From Mobula hypostoma (Eukaryota), in NCBI RefSeq assembly GCF_963921235.1, contig NC_086097.1, forward strand, positions 214,770,001-214,834,000: a stretch of DNA of 64,000 bases, read 5' to 3'. The notes under the pieces were generated by a model that saw only the letters and a list, made by a program, of their open reading frames with translations, was not told where the DNA came from and did not search any database. The translations under genes were made by a program, and so were the position numbers. Every line of letters begins with the position of its first letter. The first letter of the stretch is position 1. This document shows positions 11,304 to 22,592 of the stretch, piece by piece.

Positions 11304-12699
11304 CTACCTTTTAGAGGCACTGCTCCTTCAAGATGTCCTGGATGTGGGGAGGCTGGTGCCCACGATGGAGTTGACAGAGCTCATAACTTTCAGCAGCTTT
11401 TATCAATCCTATGCAGTGCCCCCTCTCCATGGCATATCTGCAGAAATTTACAAGTGTCTTTGGTGACGTACCTCAGACTCCTAACGAAATATTGCCACTG
11501 CTGTGCCACTTTTGTAACTGCATTGATACGTTGGGCCCGAGATGGATCCTTGGAGTTGCTGACACCCTGGAACTTGAAATTGCTCTACCCTTTCCACTTC
11601 AAATAAAAGAAATTATGAAAAGAAGAACTTGCATCTCAAATCACCTCACACCATTGCTGTAAGGCAAGATATGAAAAAAAGTAGTGAGTATTGCTGAATC
11701 CAAGAATTTGATGAAGACAAAGTTCTCAACACTGTGACAGCTTAGCACAATAATTTATTATGTGAGTGTGCATCTGCATGTACACCCATATGTGCTTTTG
11801 TGTGGCACAATCCACAATAACTAGCTTAGATTTATATTGAAAATAGCTCATCAATTTGTCAAGCTCTAATGATATTATCTCATGAAAAGAAATATCTGGT
11901 GACTCTACTGATGGAAGGGTGCAAAGTGATAAAACATTTATGAAGTGTGGTGTGGTATCTTGTCAGGCTGTCAGATAGCCCACAGTTAGGTCCCTTAAGG
12001 ACAATTGGAGCAGGTTGTGCTAGAATAAAGTGTTTGACAGTGACTCCTGTGAAATCAGGGGAGCATTCCTGTTTTTCTAGATCTACAATGTAAGATTTTT
12101 GTTAACCCCAACAAAGCAACATTTTTTAACCTTTGATAAACATCCACAGTTTGTAAGGCAATAAACCTTTCATATTTAAAGTTTAACTAGATTCTTGGAA
12201 GAGTTTGTCAGTGGTTGTTCATGTACTCATTGGCATCTGTTTGCAGTGTCCACCTAGTCATCTTAAGACAACGCACTGTGAATTTCAATGTGGGATGAAT
12301 TTCTCATGATGATTAGTACAAATTGGTCCACAGGTACATCGATACTTTTTCAATTATCGTACAGCACACAAGTGCATACTAATTCCTACACAAGGATACT
12401 TCACAGGGAAAAGAATACTTGAAGCAGAAAGATTTGCAGAACTCAGATGAAAAGGGGCATGAGTATATTTTCAGACTGCTGAGTCAGAGAGTCAACATGG
12501 ATTTGATGTGCCAAACTGTCTTCTTCCATGCAGTAAACATCTGAAGGTTCATGCACAAGTCTGCATGAGAATAGGAAGTGATGCCTCTCCAGTCAAATAG
12601 TCAAGCAAAATTAATTATCTGGATCTCCACTTAAAGAATGCTTCTTTGGAGAAAACACTCAGAGTTGTTGTTTCATATGGCAGTTCTTTTTCTCTTCAC

Positions 12700-13182
12700 A
12701 CTTCTAACTGACTTTTGCCAAGCCATACGTCCATCAATAGACCGCATCAATAGACCATGGCAAAGCCACCTTGGAGCTCGGTGATAGAGCATGTTTGGAC
12801 CGGGTGGAGGACATCTTGGGTTGGGGCACCACAGGGACAAGCTGGGTTTGTCAGGCGCCCCATCAGTGTAGTGTTTGTGCTGTTTTAGCATGTTGACTTC
12901 CGAGTCTACTTGTGGCTGTCCTTTTATTTTTTTTTTGGTAGCTGTAGTAAAGACTGAGAGGAGCAGAAAAGATGCCTTGATTCATGGTGAAGTGTGGCCC
13001 GGGAGGGGCAGATGTGAGTCTGTCCGTTCAGGAGCTGGGATTGGATCAACCTTCATCTGGCATCTCGTCCACAGCCATTCCAACATGGGTGACCCTGACT
13101 AAGCATCACCAGATGGAGCCCTGGAAGCATGCAAGCCTTCACACGATGTCAACATGTTGATCCAAGTCGTGGCGGAGGACTC
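12700..13182 (-). mobile_element. Old RTE (Expander/Rex3-like) 5' region
   Basis: GC-rich, resembles RTE 5' UTRs by eye. Perfect 10-bp inverted repeat TTGGATCAAC 13041-50/GTTGATCCAA 13156-65. Confidence 0.4.
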
Positions 13183-13289
13183 AGAATAGCCTCAAAATCC
13201 TCACTGTAGCTTGAGAGAATGAACGAAAACAATAAGAAGCCAATGTAAATCAACTGAATGTGCTTTGTAGTCAACAGGCAATAGATTGT

Positions 13290-14964
13290 TTAAAAACAAT
13301 ATACTGTGTCAGGGAAGTGAAGTATGTGCAGTGAAAATTACGACTGAGAAGGTGATCAGGAAGCTTAATGGTCTGAGGGTGGATAAGTCTCCTGAACCTG
13401 ATGGAATGCACCCTCGGGTTCTGAAGAAAGTAGCTGGAGAGATTGCGGAGGCATTAACAACAATCCTTCAAGAATCGATAGATTCTGGCATTGCACCAGG
13501 TGACTGGAAAATTGCAAATGTTACTCCACTATTATAAGAAGGGTGGGAGGCAGCAGAAAGGAAACTATGGACTTGTTAGCCTGACATCAGTGGTTGGGAA
13601 GTTGTTGGAATCGATTGTTAGGGATGAGATTACAGAATACCTGGAGGCACATGACAAGATAGGCCAAAGCCAGCATGGTTTTCTGAAAGGAAAATCCTGC
13701 CTGACTAACCTACTGCAATTTTTTGAGGAAATTACAAGCAGCCTAGACAAAGGAGATGCAGTAGATGTGGCGTACTTGGATTTTCAGAAGGCCCTTGACA
13801 AGGTGCCGCACATGAGGCTGTTTAGCAAGTTAAGAGCCCATGAAATTACAGGGAAGTTTCTAGCATGGGTGGAACATTGGCTGATCGATAGAAAACAGAG
13901 AGTGGGAATAAAGGGATCCTATTCTGGAAAGCTGCCAGTTAGCAGTGGAGTTTCATAGGAGTCGGTGTTGGGAATGCTGCTTTTTACGACGTATGTCAAT
14001 GGTTTGGACTATGGGGTTAATGGATTTGTGGCTAAATTTGCCGATGATACAAAGACAGATGGAGGAGCGGATAGTGTTGAGGAAACAGAGAGCCTGCAGA
14101 GAGACTTAGATAGTTTAGAGGAATGGGCAAAGAAGTGGCAAATGAAATACAATGTTGGAAAGTGTATGGTCATGCACTTTGGTGGAAGAAATAAATGGGC
14201 AGACTATTACTTAGATGGACAGAGAGTTCAAAATGCAGAGATGCAAAGGGACCTGGGGGTCCTTGCACAGGATACCCTCACGGTTAACCTCCAGGTTGAG
14301 TCAGTTGTGAAGAAGGCGAATGAAATGTTGGCATTCATTTCTAGGGGTACAGAATATAAGAGCAGGGATGTGATGTTGAGGCTCAATGAGACACTCGTGA
14401 GACCACACTTGGAGTATTGTGTGCAGTTTTGGGCTTCTTATTTTAGAAAGGATATACTGACATTGGAGAGGGTTCAGAGAAGCACAAGAATGATTCCAGG
14501 AATAAAAGTGTTACCATATGAGGAATGTCTGGCAGCTCTTGGGCTGTATTCTGTGGAGTTCAGGAGAATGAGGGGGGGATCTCATAGAAACATACCGAAT
14601 GTTAAAAGACCTGAACAGATTAGGTACAGCAAAGTTATTTCCCGTGGTAGGGGAATCTAGGACAAGAGGGCACACTTCAGGATTGAAGGACGTCCATTTA
14701 GAACTGAAATGTGGAGAAATTACTTTAGTCAGAGGTTGGTAAATCTATGGAATTTATTGCCATTAGGAGCTGTGGAGGCCAAGTCATTGGGTGGATTTAA
14801 GGCAGAGAGGTACGTTCTTGATTAGCCATGGCATCAAAGGGTATGGGGAGAAGGCAGGGGAGTGGGGATGACTGGAAGATTTGGATCAGCCATGACTGAA
14901 TGGCGGTGCAGACTTGATGGGCTGAATGGCCTACTTCTGCTTCCATATCTTATAGTCTTATGGT
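13290..14964 (+). mobile_element. CR1 LINE, RT region + 3' UTR
   Basis: ORFs with WKIANVTPL, YLDFQKALDKVPH, KFADDTK, LVRPHLEYCVQFW; several frameshifts. Confidence 0.92.
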
Positions 14965-15583
14965 GTTAAGATAAAAAGCTTTGAGAATGCTGATGCACAG
15001 AAATAAACATAATTAGACTATGGATTTCTTGGGATACTGTAGGAAAAAATTGCTTTGCATTTAACTTAATGACCAAATCTCAGTGGAACAGATCAAGATA
15101 GCAGTACAGGCACCACACCTGCCAAGAACTCTGATCAGGATCAAGGTTCTGCAAGCTTTTCATTTTTATATATTAAAAAAATCACGACGGCAAAAATCAC
15201 AGAATGGAATATTTTAGCATCTGCCTTTTGTTACTTTGGTTTGCAGGTAATTATGATAGATTGTATTCATGCCCTCAGCACTATTTGCAGCATAGTTTGA
15301 ATGTTGTCGAAATAGGGTCTCTGAAGAGGTCTTACCACTAATAGCATACATTAGCAGCTCTCAGTAGAAATGTTATTAAGTCTTTTGATATGCCATGATA
15401 TGACCTGGTACAACCTTTTCCCACTTTGAAAAAGAATGATCATTGGGCCAGAAATAGAGTAGCAGTGCATTTAACCTTGCCTTTTCTTGATTGGACCTTC
15501 CCCAGCTCCATAAAATTTTCCAACCAAGCAGTTGAACTTGTAAGCAAATAACAGAACTGCAGGAATAATAATAATAGAAGCGG

Positions 15584-16022
15584 ACTGATGACATGAACGT
15601 TGATTTCGCTAACTTCCGCTAATGCCCCTCCTCCCCTTCTTACCCCATCCCTAATTTAATTTTTTTTCTCTCTTTCCCTCTCACAATAACTCCTTGCCTG
15701 TTCTCCATCTTCCTCTGGTGCTCCCCTCACCCTTTCTTTCTTCCAAAGCCTTCCGTCCTATGATACTCCCCCTTCTCCAGTCTTGTACCCCTTTTGCCAA
15801 TCAACTTCCCAGCTCTCCCCCTCCTGTCTTCTTCTATCATTTTGAGTCCCCCCCCCCACTTTCAAATCTCTTACTATCTCTTTTTTCCGGTCCTGACGAA
15901 GGGTCTCGATCCAAAACGTCAACTGTACTTCTTCCTATGGATGCTGTCTGGCCTGCTGTGTTCTACCAGCATTTTGTGTGTGTTGCTTGAATTTCCAGCA
16001 TCTGCAGATTTTCTCATGTTTG
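15584..16022 (+). mobile_element. Penelope-like 3' fragment with degenerate hammerhead (15888-15925)
   Basis: End of the PLE ORF (MNVDFANFR), pyrimidine-rich UTR, then CTGACGA-A-GGGTCTCGATCC-AAAA-CGTC (GAAA box mutated). Confidence 0.85.
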
Positions 16023-16299
16023 CGGAAAAAAAAATACAATGTTTAACTCTGTGCAAAGAGAGGAGCTAGGCTTGACAAAAAATATGGAAGGATGGGGAAA
16101 GAAAATTCAGAACCCAAGGAGGGTAAAATAATGGAAGGAATGCAGTGTCAAAGCTAATGCTGGAGGAAAAATAAAAAGAGATAAAGAGAGATCGGATTGA
16201 AAGGGATAGAAAAGAGCTAAAATAATGAAATCTATATTTGATCATTTCAAAATCTTCCTGATCCTCATTCTGAAAATTTCTTCCCAGATTCTACCACTC

Positions 16300-16500
16300 A
16301 CCGACGCATTGTGGACAATTTACAGTGGTTACTTAATTTACCAGCGTGCTTCTCTTTGGGATGTACGGGGAAACTGGAGCACCAAGTTAAGCCCCATGCA
16401 GTCACAAAGAGAATGTGCTAACTCCTTCTAAGTAGCTGCCAAGGTCAGAACTGGGTTCATGTCTTTGGCTATCTGAGCCAGCAGCTCCACGAGCTGCACC
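16300..16500 (-). mobile_element. Decayed tRNA-derived V-SINE-like element
   Basis: GGGAAACTGGAGCACC...CCCATGCAGTCAC motif, complementary to the core of the SINE at 22735-22945. Confidence 0.6.
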
Positions 16501-18467
16501 ACCAATGGGCCAATAAGCTTGATTAGCAGTGATCTACACTTATAGTATAATCAAAAGAGCTCGTTTAACTACAGAACCACTGAAATAAAAAATGGAAATC
16601 ACAGCTCTTGTGGAGAGGAGTTCTGCTGCAGATGGATTATCTTTAATAAGAACTGGTGATGAAGGTCATAATGAAAGGTCATTGACATGAAACATTAATT
16701 CTGTTCTTCTCTCCAACAGAGGCTATCTGATCTGATATTTCCAGCCTTTTAAATAACCCTTACTTCATATTCCCAGCACCTGTAATGCTTTCTCATTGTC
16801 TTCACCTGAAGTTGTTGTCAATGTAGTTTGCGTACAACTGATGGAAGGAGCCATCAGCATTTCAGCTTAACAACAAAATCTGTCCTAACCTGTCTCTGAT
16901 GCAGAAATAAAATTGCCCAGCTGCCAAAAAAAGGCTGGAAAGAGGCTGAGTAAAAGTTAATAGAGAGCAAATTATGTAAGAACTCAAAGCTGATGTTAAG
17001 GAAATATTTTGAATAGATGGCATCAAATGATAGATTTGCAATGCCCTAATAATAGATGTGCAGAGCAACGCTGTATGGTAGCTGGGAAGATCATAACTTC
17101 AATGGAATAAATATTGACGATAGAATACCGTGATACAGTGCAATTTATACACCTAATCAGAGTTAAATTTCCTAGCCAAAACGCATTACCTGGAGCAGTG
17201 ATTTCCAAACTTTTTTAAATTTACTGTCCCCTTGGCTCCCAGACCACAACCCCAGCACCGCCCTCCCCCCCTTCCAGCCATTACGTAAAGACTATAAAGA
17301 ATTTTGATTTATGAAGCACAGTGAAAGAAAGTAGGAATTGCAAATTCAGAGCAGTGACAAATAATTTGCAAAAATTATTCAAATCTATTTAAAGCTACAA
17401 ATAAATTATTTCTTCATTTAATTACAACAAAAACAATTTTCATCAACAATTTTAGAGGGTATATTCATAGTCCAACTATTCACTTCTTCATTGCTTTTTC
17501 ACCTTTCAATGAGCTGGATGTGCTTAGTGCAGTGATATCAGCTTCTCAATATCAGGCTGAATGTCACTTAGGAGTCTCAGATTCCCCACCTTCAGTAATT
17601 TGCAATCAGTTTCATTGCTTCGAAAGAAGTTTGGTGACTGCAGTGCAAGCACGCTCCACTAGATATGATGTTGGAAGGGCAATAAAGAACATCTCATCCT
17701 TTTCCCAGAGTGCATGATTGCGTTCAGAGACTCCTTTCTGCAACTAAAAGTCTTGATATGAGTTTTTAAGCCTCAGCTTCAACTCAAAGTCATTTTGTAA
17801 TGAGATCAGTTCTTCCTGCATCCTCCCTGTTAATTCTTCATTACAAGTGTTAAGGAATGGATTTATTACCAGAACAGTAAGAGAAGATCCTGAAATCTCT
17901 CTGATATGTCTTTATGTAGCTCACCCCACTGGGCACAGTATGCTTGAAAATCTGATGTTCTTTCTCTTCCAACTCCGAGAGGTTCAGAAATTGAAAAAGA
18001 TTGCAATGGCCAATGGTGCACTTAAACAGGGTTAACTTAGACAGAACAATGGAGACTGATTTGACTTTGATAAAATTCACTTCATTTCCTTGTGATTAAG
18101 ATTAATTTCATTAAACTTCAATTGCAAGGAATAAAATTCTTTAAAGACTGAAATCCTTCATTCAGTAATCAATTCAAGAATATTAATAACAACATTGCTT
18201 ATTTGTCAGAATTATTCACAGTTTCAGAAAGCACATAAAAGCATCCCAGCCAGTCTCCTTCTGAGAGCTATCTGCCTTCAGTGTGCAACAGCAAGTGTTC
18301 AAACTGTTTATCATTCTCAGTACAAACCTCTTCAATTGAGAGTATTGAGAGCATGGGACTTGATTTTATTTACCGCTGTGAAAACAGGATGTAATGATTT
18401 GTGCAGCCAATCATTTAAGTTTGTTTGTGACAAGATGGTGTCTGTGAATTACACAGTGAATGAGTCA

Positions 18468-18925
18468 GGTCACTCGTCTGAGTGCTACTGGTACCATGTA
18501 ACCCAGCACTACCTGTTGCGTGGTCGGGTGGTCGGTGACTAAACTGGCTCCCCCACCAGGCTTGCCTGGTGAGTCAGGTGGCTAGACACCTTGCAAGACA
18601 AAAAACAAGACCTGTCAAAGGGCAGATTAACCCTCTCGTAGGGTCAATGACCATTTAGCAAACACGTGCTGTGAAGCGCGGAAAGGGCATCCCTTGCATC
18701 GAAGCTTGGTCTGGCTATTCACTGCAACAGAACTTCCTCCAGCCGTCCTGGACCCCACCATGCCGCTGGATACGGGAGGGGATGTTGAGAGGGTGGGTCT
18801 GGACCTGTGCAACCCCCTACTCACCTAAAATCCATTCACGCACACGCTGTTCCTTTCTGAAGAGTGGGGTATAAACCCCACTAACCGACTGAAAGGAACT
18901 ATCATCATCCTATGGGATGGATAGC
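18468..18925 (+). mobile_element. Non-coding RTE-type short retroelement inserted in hAT
   Basis: GC-rich island interrupting the transposase, with an (ATC)n stretch near 18901. The 5' end has HDV-like pairing potential. Confidence 0.6.
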
Positions 18926-20102
18926 CACAGAATGATAAGTATGTTAGGTACAGCTTTTATCAAGAAAGCAATAAATGGCATCCTATCATTGAATGTTGGT
19001 GAATGGAATGTCCTTCTGTTTGAAAAATTTCTCAAAAACCGAAATATTGACTCCCCCTGTGTATCTGTTTTTAGTCCCATTGCAAATAACTCTTGAACCA
19101 TCTGTTTTGAAACAAACATAACCAAGAAGCAACGATCCATTGCCTGGCAAAGTTGACTCACCCAGCTGCAGAGCAAATTCTGTTGACCTAAGTATGTTGC
19201 ACAATAATCTTCCACATTCCAGACATTTCATTTATTCAACTTTGAATAGAGTTGTTGCTGAATGGAATTGCTTTAATTATTTGGTCTGGTGACTAATGCA
19301 AAACCGTACTCAGAACCTCCCTTACTGCTGGCAGGATCAGTTCTTCTCCAGTAGTACGGAGCTTTCCAGATTTAGCAATGAGCAATGAAACTTTGTACAA
19401 AGCACGCAAACCATCATTGTTTTGTTGAGAAGTGCTGGCAAAGGTGTTTTGAAGATTTTTCTGTTTCTGAAAGCTTTCATGAGGTGACTGAAAATAAGCC
19501 AAGTTTATTGTTTGCTTTGTCATAGTGTGTTTTCTTCAATTGTTCAAGGAATCTGAATGGTTTCATTGCCTCATTTGAAAAATATACTTCACACGACAGA
19601 CACAGTGCCAGCTGTTGGTTGCTTGTTGCTGGTGTGTGTGTGTGGCCTCCGTCGGTCGTGGTCGACCATGGGTACTGTGCCTCAGGTAGTCACTGGTTTG
19701 GCAAACAGCGTCAACTGTGGCTATTGGGGCTGATCCTGGAACGGTAGGCTCTGCCACAGTTGCTGCATGTGTAGGGCATCGTGGAATTGTTGTCTGTTGT
19801 CTGCTGTCTGCTGTGCTCTCCGCTCCTCAAACTGACTCAGGATCACTCTTTCGCCTTGTTCTAGGTGTTGCTGAAGGGTAACTTGCCATTTGTTGGGGTC
19901 ATCTGCTGTATCCTCCCAGCACTCTGTCTTGATTTTTAAGAATCATGTCACGCTTGCAGAGGTCCTTGAAGCGAAGCTGGGGTCTACAAACGTTGCTCTT
20001 GCCTGTTGCTAATTCTCCAGAGAGGATGTCCTTTGGCAGTCTACCATCCTTCATACGATGGACGTGGCCCAGCCAGTTCAGTCTGCATTGTCTCAAAAGC
20101 GT

Positions 20103-20836
20103 CCCTACACCTCCTCTCTTGCCACCATTCAGGGCCCCAAACAGTACTTCCAGGTGAGGCAACACTTCACTTGTGAGTCTGTTGGAGTCATCTATTGCAT
20201 CCGGTGCTCCCGGTGCGGCCTCCTCTACATCGGTGAAACCCGACGCAGAATGGGGGACCGCTTCGTCAAGCACCTCCGCTCCATCCGCCACAACAGACAG
20301 GATCTCCCGGTAGCCACCCACTTCAACTCTGCTTCCCACTCCCATTCAGATATGTCCATACATGGCCTCCTCTACTGCCATGATGAGGCTAAACTCAGGT
20401 TGGAGGAGCAACACCTCATATACTGTCTAGGTAGTTTCCAGTCCCTTGGTATGAACATAGAATTCTCCAACTTCCGGTAATTCCCTCCCCCTCCCTTCCC
20501 CTATCCCTATATCACTCTCCCCCTCCCCCAGCTGCCTACCACCTCCCTCTTGGTTCCGCCTCCTTCTACTACCCATTGTGTTTTGCCCTATTCTTTCTTC
20601 ACCTTTCCTGCCTATCACCTCCCTGCCTCCCTTCCCCCACCCCTTTATCTTTCCCCTTACTGGTTCTTCACCTGGAACCTACCAGCCTCTCCTTCCCACC
20701 CTCCCCCCACCACCTTTATAGGGCCTCTGCCCCTTCCCCCTACAGTCCTGACGAAGGGTTCCGGCCCGAAACGTCGACTGATCTTTTCCACCGATGCTGC
20801 CCGACCTGCTGAGTTCCTCCAGCGTGTTGTGAGTGT
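20103..20836 (+). mobile_element. Penelope-like element 3' part (GIY-YIG endonuclease + terminal repeat)
   Basis: ORF 20058-20480 contains GVIYCIRCSRCGLLYIGETRRR (GIY-YIG). Intact hammerhead in the 3' UTR. Confidence 0.92.
20743..20780 (+). ncRNA. Minimal type I hammerhead ribozyme (intact core)
   Basis: CAGTC-CTGACGA-A-GGGT(TCCG)GCCC-GAAA-CG-TC-GACTG: stem I CAGTC/GACTG, stem II, palindromic ACGT in place of stem III, predicted cut after C20775. Confidence 0.85.
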
Positions 20837-21749
20837 TACCATCCTTCATATGACGGACGTGACCCAGCCAGCGCAGTCTGCATTGTCTTAAAGCGTGAAT
20901 ATTGTGAGAAGTCCAGCGCGGGAGAGGACCTCAGAGTTTGGAACTTTGTCTCTCCAGGTGATGCCGAGGATGAGGCGAAGGCTGCGCAGGTGAAGATGAT
21001 TGAGTTTCCTCTCCTGCTTGGAGTAGATGGTCCAAGTCTCGCTACCATACAGGAGGGTGCTGATAACGCATGCAATATACACAGCAGTGTTGGTCTTTGT
21101 AGCGAGTTTCAGATTCTCCCAGACCCGCGAGGAGGGTCGAGCAAGGATCGATGTTCCTTTGCCGATACTCCTATTGATTTCAGCATCGAGGGAGAGAGTG
21201 TCACTAATGGTCGACCCCAAGTATGTGAACTCGTTGACCACTTCTAGATCGTAGTTGTCGATGGTAATGACTAATATCTCCACTACGTTCTGGACAAGGA
21301 CATTTGTTTTCTTTAAGCTGATGGTAACTGCTGCTTCCCATGTTTGTCCGGCACTATAAAGCAAAGCTGGAGTGGCCTCTCCAGGGCCCAAGCCAGGGCA
21401 GAGTTGATATGGAGAGCCATCTGTTGCCCGTGCAGTGGGACTCCCCTCTCCATGCTGATGACAGGTCCAAAGGAATGATGATAGTCGATACATTTTGGTG
21501 CCAGCAGCGTCGCAGGAGTTGCCGTGCCGGTGCTGGGTACAGCAGTCAGCCGCCTTCGGGACTCCGACTCCAGATTTTTCCTCAGGGTTTACTCCCGAAA
21601 CCTTTCCCGTGAGCGGGTATAGCTGCAAGGCAGCGGAGGTTTGAAATCGGAGTTTTCCCTCTCCTGGATGAGCTACCTTCTGTGGTTAATGAGCCCCATC
21701 TGCCTGGAGCAACTAGTTTTAAGGCGCCTCTGGCCCGCCTTTGCCCCTT

Positions 21750-21921
21750 CCCCTGTCAGTGAGACCAGCTCCGCCGGGCATAAGAGCTATGTCACACGTG
21801 TAGGCCAGGAGTTGGACTTGGTTGTCAGAGGCTGTTAGAGACACACGCCATGAAGAGAATTTGTTTAGCAGTGAGAGCTCATCCCCACTACTACCCTTCG
21901 GCTAAGACTACCTTAGGAACC
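21750..21921 (-). ncRNA. HDV-like ribozyme (predicted) at the exact 5' end of the RTE, extra L3 hairpin, no P4
   Basis: P1 GGTTCC/GGAGCT (G1-U wobble), P2 CTCCTG/CAGGGG, P3 GCC/GGC, L3 TACACGTGT + hairpin GACATAG-CTC-TTATGCC, GG, J4/2 CTGA (C at 21759). Confidence 0.72.
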
Positions 21922-22592
21922 TTGCTGTTGGTATAAATAATAATATTTACTGGTATAAAAAACTCTGCGCTATACTGCCTTTGTCACTTGGTCTGCTTCT
22001 GCCATTTTTGTTATAGATTAATGGCTATGGTCAATCGCCTTTTGTTTAAGTGCTGCGATCAATAAAGGGAAATGTTTGACATCACTCAGGCAAGACCTAA
22101 TTCTCGGCCTGAAGGTACATAAAGAAGGGTAGTGAATAACGTACAGCTACTGCTGCCGCCATGTACCTACTGCCTGTGCCTTTATAGCTGAGAGTGTGGA
22201 TTTACTGCAGGCACTCTTGTTTCTCCCCAAAGCCCAAAGAGCTGCATGTTGATAGGTTAACGGATAACTGCGAATTACTGTACTGCTGGTGGGTAAGTGC
22301 GTGGGAGAATGTTGGGATTAGGTGGGAAGTTGATAGGAGTAAGAGGAGAATAGGTTACTGAGAAAATTGAGGAATGTGATTACTTTCATGAGCCAGCGTA
22401 AAGTTAACAAGCTGAAACAAACAATGGAGAATATAGCAGAAAGCCAAGGTTCAGGAGCCGCAGGTGACATACACTCTTGCTGGGAAACCATCCTCAAGAA
22501 CCTCACTCAGCTGACAGTGTTTCATTGGCAATCTAGGGTCTGATGTAAGACAGTTTAACACCTTGCCAGGCTGATAACACTACAGTTAATCA

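Larger units (their letters stand above)
19634..21921 (-). mobile_element. Internally deleted RTE LINE (5' UTR fused to RT C-terminus), (CA)n tail
   Basis: FTYLGSTIS, STLLYGSETWT and LNWLGHVHRM motifs. Imperfect TSD TTGTTGCTGGT 19623-33/TTGCTGTTGGT 21922-32. Split by a PLE. Confidence 0.88.
17197..22100 (-). mobile_element. Decayed hAT (Charlie/Buster-type) transposon with nested insertions
   Basis: Terminus CAGTGATTTCCAAAC at 17197. Transposase fragments YKVSLLIAKSGKLRTTGEELILPA and FALQLGEST. Right boundary uncertain. Confidence 0.8.

Noticed and set aside
15200..15250. TGGAATATT...GCAG|GTAATT as the preceding NKAIN3 exon
   Set aside because: No frame yields the expected WNVFIICFYLEVGGLSK-like peptide. 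Neighbouring NKAIN3 exons were not found in the window.
16653..16750. Old hammerhead-like motif (ATGAAAGGTCATTGACATGAAACATT)
   Set aside because: Probably an ancient PLE terminus, but the CUGA box and cleavage triplet are lost, so it is not called a ribozyme.
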